Source: a virus. Taken from it: a DNA stretch of 64,000 bases. The DNA is taken from the IMG/VR virus record IMGVR_UViG_3300023179_000020; one strand, 5' to 3'. Both the position numbers and the translations under genes were made by a program. The notes below the pieces were generated by a model. The model was not told the DNA's origin and searched no databases. It saw nothing but the letters and a program-made list of their open reading frames with translations. Positions 1 through 10,005 of this stretch are shown here, piece after piece (positions within the stretch are counted from its first letter, which is position 1; each line of letters opens with the position of its first letter).

Positions 1-78
1 TTGCAGTAGGAATAAATGGTGGAATTTATGCCTTATCTAAATAACACATATTTATAAACAAATAAAAACCAAAATAAA

Positions 79-729
79 ATGCAAGTAGAAAAATTACGTA
101 CTCTTATAAGAGAATCTATCAACGAATATATTAGAGAAATTGAACAAGCAGCTAATGAAGCAGCTGTAGATGCTAGTATCACTAAATGTGAAGAAGCAAT
201 CCAATCACGTCAAGAAAGACTAAATAAGATTAATGAAAATGATGATCTTAAAGAAATGGTTGATGAAACTAAAGTAAAAAATATTCAAGCCGAAATTAAA
301 ATTTTAGAGAAAGCTAAGAAAAAATACGCTGCTCAAAAAGCTAAAATGCAAGCTAAAAAGGATAAAAAAGCAAATCCTGAAAAAGAAGTAACTACTGATG
401 CTCCTATTGATGAAGCTGATGTAACAGCTGAAATGAACATGCCTGACAATACACAAGAAGAAGCATTAAACGAATCTTTTATTCGTATGCAAAAACTTGC
501 AGGTATTATTAATGAAAATAAAAGTAAAATAGAAACAATTTTGAGTAAAATAGGTGATATTGAAGAAAAAATATATGATCAATATGGTGACGATGAAATA
601 GAAGCTAAATTTGATTATAGTAAAGCTATAGATGATATTAAATCAAAATATAAAAATGACGAAAGTGGAATGTATGATGCTTTAATATCTCATTTAAAAA
701 AACTAAAATCAACATTCCCAATAAAATAA
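79..729 (+). CDS. Hypothetical, probable internal head protein (N-terminal LRTLIRESINE tag, coiled coil, internal ALNESFIRMQKLAGIINE motif plus C-terminal module)
   Basis: 216-aa ORF behind ATATTTATA (48-56); shares MQKLAG motif with the scaffold C-terminus. Confidence 0.55.
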   Translation: MQVEKLRTLIRESINEYIREIEQAANEAAVDASITKCEEAIQSRQERLNKINENDDLKEMVDETKVKNIQAEIKILEKAKKKYAAQKAKMQAKKDKKANPEKEVTTDAPIDEADVTAEMNMPDNTQEEALNESFIRMQKLAGIINENKSKIETILSKIGDIEEKIYDQYGDDEIEAKFDYSKAIDDIKSKYKNDESGMYDALISHLKKLKSTFPIK

Positions 730-825
730 AATAAGGTACTAGAAAAGAATTTGAAAATAAATTCAATCTAAATGGTGGGAGACTTAGTCAACTAATTAAT
801 AATAAAATATTAAAATAAACATATA

Positions 826-904
826 GACCGATTCATAGCCGGTCGCTCTAAACAGAGACAAAAATATGGTAGCTGTGGCACTCCTAAAAAGGTGCCACTT
901 TTTT
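826..904 (+). ncRNA. Candidate structured RNA (H-type pseudoknot) overlapping an intrinsic terminator
   Basis: GACCG(826-830)/CGGTC(840-844) stem; loop TCATAGC(833-839) complementary to GCTGTGG(872-878); CTCT/AGAG hairpin; GC-rich island in an AT-rich intergenic region. Confidence 0.45.
875..904 (+). terminator. Rho-independent terminator
   Basis: GTGGCAC...GTGCCAC stem followed by T-run. Confidence 0.75.
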
Positions 905-905
905 G

Positions 906-936
906 TTTGTTTTTTAAATAAAATTTATTATCTTTA
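906..936 (+). promoter_or_regulatory. Putative host-RNAP early/middle promoter
   Basis: TTTG(906-909)-N19-TATCTTTA; same layout at 3705, 52844 and 54695. Confidence 0.45.
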
Positions 937-940
937 GAAT

Positions 941-2248
941 ATGAAAAATAAAAAAATAGTAATTGTAGGAGCAGGTGTAGCAGGCATTAATGCCGCGACA
1001 AAATTAGTAGATAATGGCTACCCAGGTGAGTTAATCACTATTATTGATAAAGGAAATGATCCACACAATCGTTTACCTGAGGAAGTAATGACAGGTATGT
1101 TAGGTGCTGGTGGTTGGAGTGATGGTAAATTAACATATCACACTGCAATTGGAGGTGTATTATCAAAGTATTGTGGTGAAGAGAAAGCAATGGAATTGAT
1201 GGATCAAGTCATTAATAACTTTAGACGTTTCCATCCTAAACCAGAAGAAATATTTTGCTCTGACCCACAATCAGAACCTGAATTTATTAAACCATATTTT
1301 GGTTTACGTTTATTTCCTGTATGGCATATTGGTTCAAATTATCTTCACGAGATTGCTAAAGCATGGTATCAATATTTAGTGGATAAAGGTGTTAGATTTG
1401 AATGGGAAACAGAAGTAGAGGACATTGATTTTAATAATAATAAAGTTTATACTCATAATACTACATTACAATATGATTCTTTAATATTTGCTGTAGGTAA
1501 AAGTGGTATTGACTTTGCTCAATCATTATCAAACCAATACCAACTACCTACAGAACCAAAATCAGTACAAATTGGAGTCCGTTACGAGGCACCACAAAAA
1601 TACTTTCAAAAACTAATTGATATCAGTTATGATTTTAAACTATACCAAAAGTTTGATAATGTATCGTTAAGATCATTTTGTACTAATAATAACGCAGCTT
1701 ACGTCGCAGTAGAGGAAACATATGGTGACATTAGTTACAATGGTCATGCTAAAAAAGGTGAAGAATTTAAAAACGATATGACCAACTTTGGTATCCTAAT
1801 GGAAATTAAAGGTATTGAAAATCCATTTGAATGGAGTAGAGAAATAGTTAAGAAGTGTCAATTTGATTTACCCGTAGCTAAAAAATCTGGTTTATATTAT
1901 TCACCTAATTTAACTCGAAAACCAAGTTTAACATCAGAAAATAATACAGTCGATAGTTATCAAATCGTTGAGTTAAGCTGGTTTAAAGACGCATTTAGTG
2001 AATATGCCGATTATATTCTTAATTTTATCGACCAAATGAATGAAGTATTTGAATTTGGTGATGATTGGGGTATGTATATTCCTGAAGTAAAATATGTCTC
2101 TGCAGAGCCTCTTGTTAACTATGATGATTTAAGTCTTACAACATACAACAATATTCATTTTGCCGGAGACGCTTTATCAGCTAGAGGTATAACAGTAGCA
2201 GGCAGTCAAGGTATTTACATTGCTGAAGGTATTTTAAAAAAAATGTAA
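941..2248 (+). CDS. FAD/NAD(P)-dependent oxidoreductase (uncharacterised flavoprotein family)
   Basis: N-terminal IVIVGAGVAG dinucleotide-binding motif, GAGGWSDGKL, C-terminal FAGD...RGI motif. Confidence 0.85.
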   Translation: MKNKKIVIVGAGVAGINAATKLVDNGYPGELITIIDKGNDPHNRLPEEVMTGMLGAGGWSDGKLTYHTAIGGVLSKYCGEEKAMELMDQVINNFRRFHPKPEEIFCSDPQSEPEFIKPYFGLRLFPVWHIGSNYLHEIAKAWYQYLVDKGVRFEWETEVEDIDFNNNKVYTHNTTLQYDSLIFAVGKSGIDFAQSLSNQYQLPTEPKSVQIGVRYEAPQKYFQKLIDISYDFKLYQKFDNVSLRSFCTNNNAAYVAVEETYGDISYNGHAKKGEEFKNDMTNFGILMEIKGIENPFEWSREIVKKCQFDLPVAKKSGLYYSPNLTRKPSLTSENNTVDSYQIVELSWFKDAFSEYADYILNFIDQMNEVFEFGDDWGMYIPEVKYVSAEPLVNYDDLSLTTYNNIHFAGDALSARGITVAGSQGIYIAEGILKKM

Positions 2249-2277
2249 GTATTTAATTTCTGGTGATATTTATAATT

Positions 2278-2886
2278 ATGAAATATTATGTATATCATTG
2301 GATTAGAAAAGATACTAATAAACCTTTTTATGTAGGAAAAGGAACAGGTAATAGAGCAGGTCATAAAAAATCAAATAAAGGATGGAAAAATATTACTTCT
2401 AAAGTTGAATGCTTTTGGGAAATTATTAAGTATTTTGATGATGAACAAACCGCATATCTATATGAACATACTCTTATTGAAGAATATAAAAAATTAGGGT
2501 ACAAAATAATTAATCAAACTAAATATTCTAAAGGTGGAGGTACTTGGGCATATACTGATGAAGTAAAACAACGTCAAAGTGAAAATAGAAAAGGTAAAGG
2601 TTTAGGACCTCGAAGTAAAGAATGGAAGCAAAATATTAGTAAAGCAAACAAAGGTAGAAATATATTATGGGCTAATAAAATAGGGGATGCCCTTAGAGGA
2701 AAACCTAAAAATTATTTAAGTCACCATAAACCAATACTCCAATATGATCTTCAAGGTAATCTACTTAATGAATACCAGTCAGCACAAGAAGCAGGTAGAT
2801 GTCTAAATAAATCAGGTAATCAAATAGCAGATTGCGCCTCAGGTAGGCAAAAAACCGCTTATGGTTATATTTGGAAATATATATAA
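2278..2886 (+). CDS. Free-standing GIY-YIG-like homing endonuclease with NUMOD-type DNA-binding tail
   Basis: YVYHW...FYVGKG..R N-terminus; C-terminal KPILQYDLQG...TAYGYIWKY (NUMOD1-like); ATG 2278 chosen just after ATATTTATA 2266-2274. Confidence 0.8.
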   Translation: MKYYVYHWIRKDTNKPFYVGKGTGNRAGHKKSNKGWKNITSKVECFWEIIKYFDDEQTAYLYEHTLIEEYKKLGYKIINQTKYSKGGGTWAYTDEVKQRQSENRKGKGLGPRSKEWKQNISKANKGRNILWANKIGDALRGKPKNYLSHHKPILQYDLQGNLLNEYQSAQEAGRCLNKSGNQIADCASGRQKTAYGYIWKYI

Positions 2887-2894
2887 TAAAACAT

Positions 2895-3152
2895 ATGGAA
2901 GAAGAAAAAAAGTATCAACTAGACCCAACACTAGAAACTAAAAAGTACACATCAACAGACGGTACAATTCGTTACATGAAAGATGGAAAATTACACAACT
3001 GGGATGGTCCAGCCGTAATCCACCCAGATGGTAAAGAAGAGTATTTTATTAATGGTTTTCAACATGACAAAGATAGTCATCATAAAGCAAAACGTGATGG
3101 AATTGGGTTACCTTGGTTTAAGAGTAGTGTAGGTAAAGGATCACGATCTTAG
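2895..3152 (+). CDS. Hypothetical protein with GKLHxxDGPA repeat-type motif
   Basis: DGKLHNWDGPAVIHPDGKEEYFING; start moved to ATG 2895. Confidence 0.6.
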   Translation: MEEEKKYQLDPTLETKKYTSTDGTIRYMKDGKLHNWDGPAVIHPDGKEEYFINGFQHDKDSHHKAKRDGIGLPWFKSSVGKGSRS

Positions 3153-3203
3153 TTTTTTTTTGATATTTATAATAAAATATACTAATTTAAAAAATAAAAG
3201 ACA

Positions 3204-3683
3204 ATGAACAAAGAGTTCCTTAAAATGCAAAAAATGGCTGGTATTATTACTGAAGGTCAATACCAAGAAAAATTAAATAAGACTCAAACTCCTTCTCCCA
3301 ACGAATGTCAGCGTATTATAGAGTTATATATAGACAGTCATGATGCTGAATATGTCGCTGGTTTCTTTGATGACACCCACAAAAGAGAAGTAGCAGCATA
3401 TTTGAAATCACTTAAACCATACCCTAAAGTAAGAACAGTAGAAGAACTAGCATCTACTATTAAAGAAATAGATGACAAAATAAATGAAATTACAAACTAC
3501 CCAGAAGATCTTTTTGATGAAGAAGTAATACCTCGATTAGAACAAATAGCTTCTAATAATCCTAATCTAAAAAACGCGGTAGATAAAGTATTAGTTGTAT
3601 TAAATGAACTATATGGTAGAAATAATGATGAAGATGATGAAGATGATGAGTTTGGTTGGAAGACTGATTATGATGAATTCTAA
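3204..3683 (+). CDS. Hypothetical, probable packaged head protein (MQKMAGIITE tag)
   Basis: 159 aa; ATATTTATA 3163-3171; N-terminus matches scaffold C-terminal motif. Confidence 0.55.
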   Translation: MNKEFLKMQKMAGIITEGQYQEKLNKTQTPSPNECQRIIELYIDSHDAEYVAGFFDDTHKREVAAYLKSLKPYPKVRTVEELASTIKEIDDKINEITNYPEDLFDEEVIPRLEQIASNNPNLKNAVDKVLVVLNELYGRNNDEDDEDDEFGWKTDYDEF

Positions 3684-3701
3684 AAAACAGTATTTTAAAT
3701 T

Positions 3702-3727
3702 AGGCTTGGGAAACCAGGCCTTTTTTA
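3702..3727 (+). terminator. Rho-independent terminator overlapping the promoter of the next gene
   Basis: AGGCTTGG-GAAA-CCAGGCCT plus T-run; CTTG(3705)-N20-TATATT(3729). Confidence 0.7.
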
Positions 3728-3740
3728 TTATATTACTAAT

Positions 3741-4271
3741 ATGAAGATAGGACTATGTGGAACAATGAGTGTTGGCAAATCAACACTAGTACATGCTTTA
3801 AAAGAATTACCTGAATTTAAAGATTATTTCTTTGCTACTGAACGTAGTAAATACTTACGTGATTTAGGTATTCCATTAAACACTGATAGTACATTAAAAG
3901 GTCAAACAATATTCTTAGCTGAACGTTGTTCTGAACTAATGAGAGAAAATGTTATTACTGATAGAACAATTATCGATGTGATGGCTTTTACTCAATGTGC
4001 CAAGTCAATTTGTCAAGATGATAAAAATGCATTTGTTAAATATGCTGCTCCATTTATTTGGGACTATGATTATGTTTTTTATGTGTCTCCTATTGGTGTA
4101 AAAATTGAAGATAATGGTGTTAGAGAAACTAATGCTGATTATCGTGAATTAATTGATTTTACTATAAAAAGCACAATACATGAACATTTAAATCAAATTA
4201 AAAATCTAGCATTCATTTCAGGCACTACTGAAGAAAGAATTAAACAGATTAAAGGTTACTTAGGTTTCTAA
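3741..4271 (+). CDS. P-loop nucleotide kinase (AAA_28/NadR-like or dNMP kinase)
   Basis: Walker A GTMSVGKST, ITDRT motif, EDNGVRE. Confidence 0.75.
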   Translation: MKIGLCGTMSVGKSTLVHALKELPEFKDYFFATERSKYLRDLGIPLNTDSTLKGQTIFLAERCSELMRENVITDRTIIDVMAFTQCAKSICQDDKNAFVKYAAPFIWDYDYVFYVSPIGVKIEDNGVRETNADYRELIDFTIKSTIHEHLNQIKNLAFISGTTEERIKQIKGYLGF

Positions 4272-4298
4272 TATTTATGGCCAAAAACTATAAATACA

Positions 4299-5084
4299 AT
4301 GAAACTATCTGAATTAAGAAAACAAATAGAAGATACTATTACGGAGATATTAACTATTACTCCCGGATCTAACGCTATGGATGTAAAAAATGCGGCTAGA
4401 CAAAAAGGAGTACCACAAGCTGCGGTAACCTCAGCATTACAACAAGCTAATACCTCTGGACAATCAGTGACATTAACTGGAAAAGTAGCTGAATCAGACG
4501 AAGACGTAGAAGATACTTATGGTAAAGAAGATGAAGATGATAAAAAAGATGCTAAAATAGCTAACGCTAAGCCATCAAAATCAGATTTGAAAAAAAATGC
4601 TAGTATAGCTACTATAACAGATGCTATAGCTAAATTAGTTATAGATCGTAAAAATGTTAATGAAAAATATAAGAAAGCCGAAGGTAAAGAAAAAGCAAAG
4701 TTGTTAGATGAATTAAAAGACCTAACATCTAAAATACAATCATTAGATAAAATTCTTAAAGAAAAAGAGAAAACTCTTAAAGAAAATAATTTAAAAACCA
4801 AAACTATGAAAAAATCACAATTGCAACAAATCATTAAAGAAGAAATTCAAAAAATTTTAAAAGAAGCAAAAGAAATTAAAGTTGATATATACAGTGCTGA
4901 GACTATAACTTTAAATGGAAAACCCCTAGACTCAGACAAAATGAATAGCACTAAATATAGAAATATGCTTTTATCACAACCTGATAAAGCATTTATGTAT
5001 AAAGGAAAACCCGTCTCTCTTGACGCTATTGATCCAGCTGATGGTTCACAAGATGATCCAAAAATTTATTTAAGAGCTGATTAA
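4299..5084 (+). CDS. Hypothetical head-associated protein; apparent in-frame fusion with a second tagged unit starting at 4806
   Basis: MKLSELRKQIEDTITE N-terminus and internal MKKSQLQQIIKEEIQKILKE. Confidence 0.55.
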   Translation: MKLSELRKQIEDTITEILTITPGSNAMDVKNAARQKGVPQAAVTSALQQANTSGQSVTLTGKVAESDEDVEDTYGKEDEDDKKDAKIANAKPSKSDLKKNASIATITDAIAKLVIDRKNVNEKYKKAEGKEKAKLLDELKDLTSKIQSLDKILKEKEKTLKENNLKTKTMKKSQLQQIIKEEIQKILKEAKEIKVDIYSAETITLNGKPLDSDKMNSTKYRNMLLSQPDKAFMYKGKPVSLDAIDPADGSQDDPKIYLRAD

Positions 5085-5122
5085 TTAAAAATTACTTAAC
5101 ATAACCCTATAAAGGGACAGTT

Positions 5123-6694
5123 ATGTCTCAAGACTTAAAACAAATAATACGAGATGAGTATGTAAAGTGTTCAAAAGATCCGGCGCACTTTATGAAAAAA
5201 TACTGCCACATCCAACACCCAACTCGTGGTAGAATTATATTCAATCTTTACCCATTCCAAGAAAAAGTATTACGTTTATGGAGAGACAATCCATATAACA
5301 TAGTACTCAAATCCAGACAATTAGGAATTTCAACCTTAACTGCTGGTTATTCATTATGGTTAATGTTGTTTCAAAAGGATAAAAATATCCTTTGCATTGC
5401 TACTAAACAAGAAACTGCTAAAAACATGGTTACAAAGGTAAAATTCATGTTTGAAAATTTACCTTCTTGGTTAAAAGTACCTGCAGATGAAAACAATAAA
5501 CTAACACTTCGACTTAATAATGGTTCTCAAATCAAAGCAGTTTCAGCAGCAGGTGATGCGGGTCGATCAGAAGCAGTATCACTCCTAATAATAGACGAGG
5601 CTGCCTTCATTGACGGAATTGGTGAAATATGGGCTTCTGCTCAACAAACCTTAGCAACTGGTGGTGGAGCCATTATATTATCAACTCCATTTGGTACTGG
5701 TAATTGGTTTCATCAAACATGGGTAAGAGCAGAAGCACAAGACAATGACTTTTTACCAATCAAATTGCCTTGGTATGTTCACCCTGAACGTGATGAAAGT
5801 TGGAGAAAAAAACAAGACGAATTATTAGGAGACCCAAGATTAGCAGCACAAGAATGTGACTGTGACTTTAATACTTCAGGTGATACTGTGTTCTACAATG
5901 AACAATTAGATTTTATTTTAGCAACGTCTATTAAGGATCCCTTGGAAAAACGTGGAATTGATCATAACTTATGGATATGGGAATTACCCGATTATACAAG
6001 AAACTATATGGTTGTTGCTGACGTTGCTCGTGGGGATGGAAAAGACTTTTCAACATTTCACGTAATAGACGTTGAAACAAATACACAAGTTGCTGAATAC
6101 AGAAGTCAACTTTCACCAAAAGAATTTGGTTATTTGTTAGTAAGCATTGCAACAGAGTATAATGATGCATTGTTAGTTGTTGAAAACGCTAACATAGGCT
6201 GGTCAACTCTTGATGCAATTATAGAAAGAGGATACAGAAATTTATACTATTCTCCAAAAACTGAAGCATTAAACGCTGAATCATACTTAGAAAGAACAGA
6301 TGACCCATCAAGAATGGTACCTGGTTTTACAATGTCTATGAGAACAAGACCATTAGTCATAAACAAATTCAGAGAATACATAGGAGACAAAAGTGTAAAC
6401 ATACAGTCTCGTCGTTTATTTGAAGAAATGAAAGTGTTTATTTGGAAAAATGGTAGACCTGAAGCACAATCTGGTTATAATGATGATTTGGTTATGAGTT
6501 TTGCAATTGGAATGTATGTTCGTGATACAGCTTTAAAATTTAAAACCCAAAACCTAGACTTAACCCGAGCTGCTTTAAAAAACATAGCAACAGTTAGACA
6601 AAACCCTCAAGGTAACTATACAACTAATGGTCAAGCAAATCCTTACCAAATGAATATTAATGGAAGGAATGAGGATATTAGTTGGTTACTATAA
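5123..6694 (+). CDS. terL: Terminase large subunit (T4 gp17-like)
   Basis: LKSRQLGIST Walker A, LLIIDEAAF Walker B, ADVARG and DDLVM nuclease motifs. Confidence 0.95.
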   Translation: MSQDLKQIIRDEYVKCSKDPAHFMKKYCHIQHPTRGRIIFNLYPFQEKVLRLWRDNPYNIVLKSRQLGISTLTAGYSLWLMLFQKDKNILCIATKQETAKNMVTKVKFMFENLPSWLKVPADENNKLTLRLNNGSQIKAVSAAGDAGRSEAVSLLIIDEAAFIDGIGEIWASAQQTLATGGGAIILSTPFGTGNWFHQTWVRAEAQDNDFLPIKLPWYVHPERDESWRKKQDELLGDPRLAAQECDCDFNTSGDTVFYNEQLDFILATSIKDPLEKRGIDHNLWIWELPDYTRNYMVVADVARGDGKDFSTFHVIDVETNTQVAEYRSQLSPKEFGYLLVSIATEYNDALLVVENANIGWSTLDAIIERGYRNLYYSPKTEALNAESYLERTDDPSRMVPGFTMSMRTRPLVINKFREYIGDKSVNIQSRRLFEEMKVFIWKNGRPEAQSGYNDDLVMSFAIGMYVRDTALKFKTQNLDLTRAALKNIATVRQNPQGNYTTNGQANPYQMNINGRNEDISWLL

Positions 6695-6721
6695 TATTTA
6701 TGGTAAATAATACAATTTATA

Positions 6722-8611
6722 ATGGCTGATACAAGTATCTTTACAAGGTTAAGAAAATTATTCTCAACTGATGTTATAATCCGCAATGCTGGTGGTAATC
6801 AGTTAAAAGTAATGGATGTGAATAGCATTCAAAAAAGTGGAGAATTTCAAACCAATGCTTTAGTTGACAGATACAACCGAATCTATTCAAGCAACAGTAC
6901 ATCTTTATTTGGAGCCCAATTAAATCTTAACTGGAGATACCTTCGTACTCAAGTATACTCAGATTACGATGCAATGGATACAGATGCTATTGTAGCCTCT
7001 GCTTTAGACATTATAGCTGATGAATGTACTCTTAAAAATGACATGGGAGAAGTACTTCAAATCAAAAGCAGCAACGAAGACACACAAAAAATACTTTATA
7101 ATTTGTTCTATGATGTGTTAAACATTGAGTTTAATTTGTGGTCATGGATTAGACAAATGTGTAAGTATGGTGATTTCTTTTTAAAATTAGAAATTGCTGA
7201 AAAATTTGGAGTATACAATGTTATCCCTTACATGGCTTACCACATCATGAGAGAAGAAAATTATGACCCTGCCAACCCAGCTGAAGTAAGATTTGCTTTC
7301 TCACCAGATGGTTTTTCAGGTGGTTCTACAGGTTTTTATGGTGTGACAGGTAAAGGAACATATAGTCCTAACAAAAATGATAAAAATATCTATTTTGATA
7401 ATTATGAAATGGCTCATTTTAGACTAGTAGCTGATACTAATTATCTTCCTTATGGTCGTTCATACTTAGAACCAGCACGTAAATTGTTTAAACAATACAT
7501 TTTGATGGAAGATGCTATGCTGATTCATCGTATTGTTCGTGCCCCTGAAAAAAGAATATTTTACATAAATGTAGGTTCTATTCCTCCTAATGAAGTTGAA
7601 AACTTTATGCAAAAGACAATTTCACAGATGAAAAGAACACCATTCATCGACCCACAAACTGGTGAATATAATTTAAAGTATAATTTACAAAATTCATTAG
7701 AAGACTTTTACATTCCAGTTAGAGGAAACGATACAACAACTAAAATTGAACCTACAAAAGGTTTAGATTATACAGCAATTGAAGACGTTACTTACTTAAG
7801 GGATAAATTATTTGCTGCTTTAAAAGTTCCTAAAGCATTTATGGGTTATGAAAAAGACTTAACCGGTAAAGCAACATTAGCAGCAGAAGACATTCGTTTT
7901 GCTCGTACAATTGATAGACTACAACGCATTATACTTTCAGAATTATACAAAATTGCATTAGTACATTTGTATACTCAAGGTTATAGAAACGAAGCATTAA
8001 CCAATTTTGAATTATCATTAACTACTCCTTCAATCATTTATGATCAAGAAAGAATAGCGTTAATGAGAGAAAAAGTATCATTAGCAAAAGACATTGTTGA
8101 CGGTAAATTATTACCTACAGATTGGATTTATGATAACATTTTCCACTTAAGTGAAGACCAATACGATGAATACAGAGATTTAATTGTTGAAGACCAAAAA
8201 CGAATCTTTAGGTTTAAACAAATTGAAAATGAAGGAAACGACCCATTAGAATCTGGCAAATCATATGGTACACCTCATGACTTAGCTGCTTTATACGGGG
8301 CAGGAAGAAACAATATGGGAGTACCTGACGGATACGATAAAGATGAAATATTAGGAAGACCAACCGAAAAATCATCAACTATGGGTACTCAACAAAATGC
8401 TTTAGGAAAAGACAGATTAGGAAGCATGGGTATGAAAAAAGGTGATGCTACAGGTGAAGATGCATCTATAAAAAACAGTTTTAAAGGAGGATCCCCACTA
8501 GCCTTAGAAACTAAATTAAAAAATAAATCATTGTTAGAGTCTTTAGACAAAAAGTTGTCTATTAAAAAAGAAGATTCTTCACTGTTAGATGAATCTCAAA
8601 TACGAGAATAA
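6722..8611 (+). CDS. Portal protein (T4 gp20-like)
   Basis: MEDAMLIHRIVRAPEKRIFYI, EDFYIPVRG, ALKVPK motifs; follows terminase. Confidence 0.93.
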   Translation: MADTSIFTRLRKLFSTDVIIRNAGGNQLKVMDVNSIQKSGEFQTNALVDRYNRIYSSNSTSLFGAQLNLNWRYLRTQVYSDYDAMDTDAIVASALDIIADECTLKNDMGEVLQIKSSNEDTQKILYNLFYDVLNIEFNLWSWIRQMCKYGDFFLKLEIAEKFGVYNVIPYMAYHIMREENYDPANPAEVRFAFSPDGFSGGSTGFYGVTGKGTYSPNKNDKNIYFDNYEMAHFRLVADTNYLPYGRSYLEPARKLFKQYILMEDAMLIHRIVRAPEKRIFYINVGSIPPNEVENFMQKTISQMKRTPFIDPQTGEYNLKYNLQNSLEDFYIPVRGNDTTTKIEPTKGLDYTAIEDVTYLRDKLFAALKVPKAFMGYEKDLTGKATLAAEDIRFARTIDRLQRIILSELYKIALVHLYTQGYRNEALTNFELSLTTPSIIYDQERIALMREKVSLAKDIVDGKLLPTDWIYDNIFHLSEDQYDEYRDLIVEDQKRIFRFKQIENEGNDPLESGKSYGTPHDLAALYGAGRNNMGVPDGYDKDEILGRPTEKSSTMGTQQNALGKDRLGSMGMKKGDATGEDASIKNSFKGGSPLALETKLKNKSLLESLDKKLSIKKEDSSLLDESQIRE

Positions 8612-8649
8612 CATTTCATACATATTTATAACTAAAATATTAGCCAAGA

Positions 8650-9504
8650 ATGGTAATTAAACATTCAAAGTACAAAAATACTGGGATCCTTTTTGAACTA
8701 CTTGTTAGACAAATTACAGCTGATACTTTATCAGGTGATGCTTCCCCAGCTACTACCATTTTAAAAAAATACTTTACTAAAACTGAATTAGGAAGAGAGT
8801 ATAAGTTGTATGAAAGCTTTTTTAAGCATACTAATATTAGTGAGGCTAAAGCTGATATGGTTATAACAACTCTTGTTGAAAGTTCAAAGTATTTAAACCG
8901 TTCTATACTAAAAAGACAAAAATATAATTTGATTAAAGAGATTAAGGCGCATTACAATTTAGAAGAGTTTTTTAAAACTAAACTTCCTAATTATAAAGCA
9001 CAAGCCGCTTTATTTACTCTTTTAGAAGTGTATAACAGTGAAAACTTATCCAACCCAAATCAAATTATAGAAAATAAAACCGCGCTTTTAGAATTTTTAA
9101 CTAAAGGACCTATTAACAAAACAGAAGTTAAAAACAATATTTTAGAAGAATTTAAACATCAAGATAAAGATATTCGTGTTTTAGCATATAGAGTACTACT
9201 TGAAAAATTTAATGACAAATACTCAAATTTAAATTCAAACCAAAAAATCATATTAAAAGAATTTATAAACAGTGTTGATAATACTCCCAAATTAAAAGAA
9301 TTTTACAACACTAAAGTATTTGAAATTAAAACCCAATTATCAGTACTTAACAAATCAGTTTCTAACCCTGCCACTAAAATAAAAATCAACGAAGTAATAA
9401 ATATTTTACCTGTTTTAAGCAAAAACGACAGAATTAATGATGACCAATTAGTAAATCTTTTACAATACTGTGAATTGATAGAAGAATTAAAAATTGTAAA
9501 ATGA
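8650..9504 (+). CDS. Helical head-module protein (putative prohead core component)
   Basis: 284 aa between portal and protease; ATATTTATA 8622-8630. Confidence 0.5.
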   Translation: MVIKHSKYKNTGILFELLVRQITADTLSGDASPATTILKKYFTKTELGREYKLYESFFKHTNISEAKADMVITTLVESSKYLNRSILKRQKYNLIKEIKAHYNLEEFFKTKLPNYKAQAALFTLLEVYNSENLSNPNQIIENKTALLEFLTKGPINKTEVKNNILEEFKHQDKDIRVLAYRVLLEKFNDKYSNLNSNQKIILKEFINSVDNTPKLKEFYNTKVFEIKTQLSVLNKSVSNPATKIKINEVINILPVLSKNDRINDDQLVNLLQYCELIEELKIVK

Positions 9505-10004
9505 ATAAAAAAGACCAAATACGTGAATTAATTCAAAAGCGTTTAAAAGAAATAAGCGCTACAGGCACTGGTGCTTCTTTTACTGCTGGTACTGGTGCTA
9601 ATTATGCTACACCTAATGCTTTTAATCCAAATAAAAAGGCTAAAGGTGCTAAAAACATTTATTATTACAAATTAGGATTCAAACCAGTAAACCAAAAAGC
9701 TTTAAATAAAAAGGCTAAAGGCATTGAAGTAAAACATTTGTGGGAAGAAGAAACACCTAAATTTGACATTGAAGGATTTGTAAGTGCTTTACAAACTGAT
9801 AATGAAGAATTAAAAAAATACATAGCAGGACGTTTAGGAGACTTTGATTTACTTGCTAGCAAATTAAAAGAACTTATTGAATTAATACAAGAAGCTAAAA
9901 AAGAAACAATAAACAGTTACAGAGAAAATCCTGAATTTAAAGCTGTTTATGGTACAGATTTAGCAATTTCATTAATAGACGACACTATAAAACTATTTAC
10001 ATAA
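9501..10004 (+). CDS. Hypothetical head-module protein
   Basis: IRELIQKRLKE N-terminal tag, YATPNAF motif. Confidence 0.5.
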   Translation: MNKKDQIRELIQKRLKEISATGTGASFTAGTGANYATPNAFNPNKKAKGAKNIYYYKLGFKPVNQKALNKKAKGIEVKHLWEEETPKFDIEGFVSALQTDNEELKKYIAGRLGDFDLLASKLKELIELIQEAKKETINSYRENPEFKAVYGTDLAISLIDDTIKLFT

Positions 10005-10005
10005 A

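Noticed and set aside
826-880. SAM-II or preQ1 riboswitch, or HDV/twister ribozyme assignment
   Set aside because: Only superficial similarity (GAUU loop, GUAGCU); the required conserved nucleotides are not all present, so it is left unassigned
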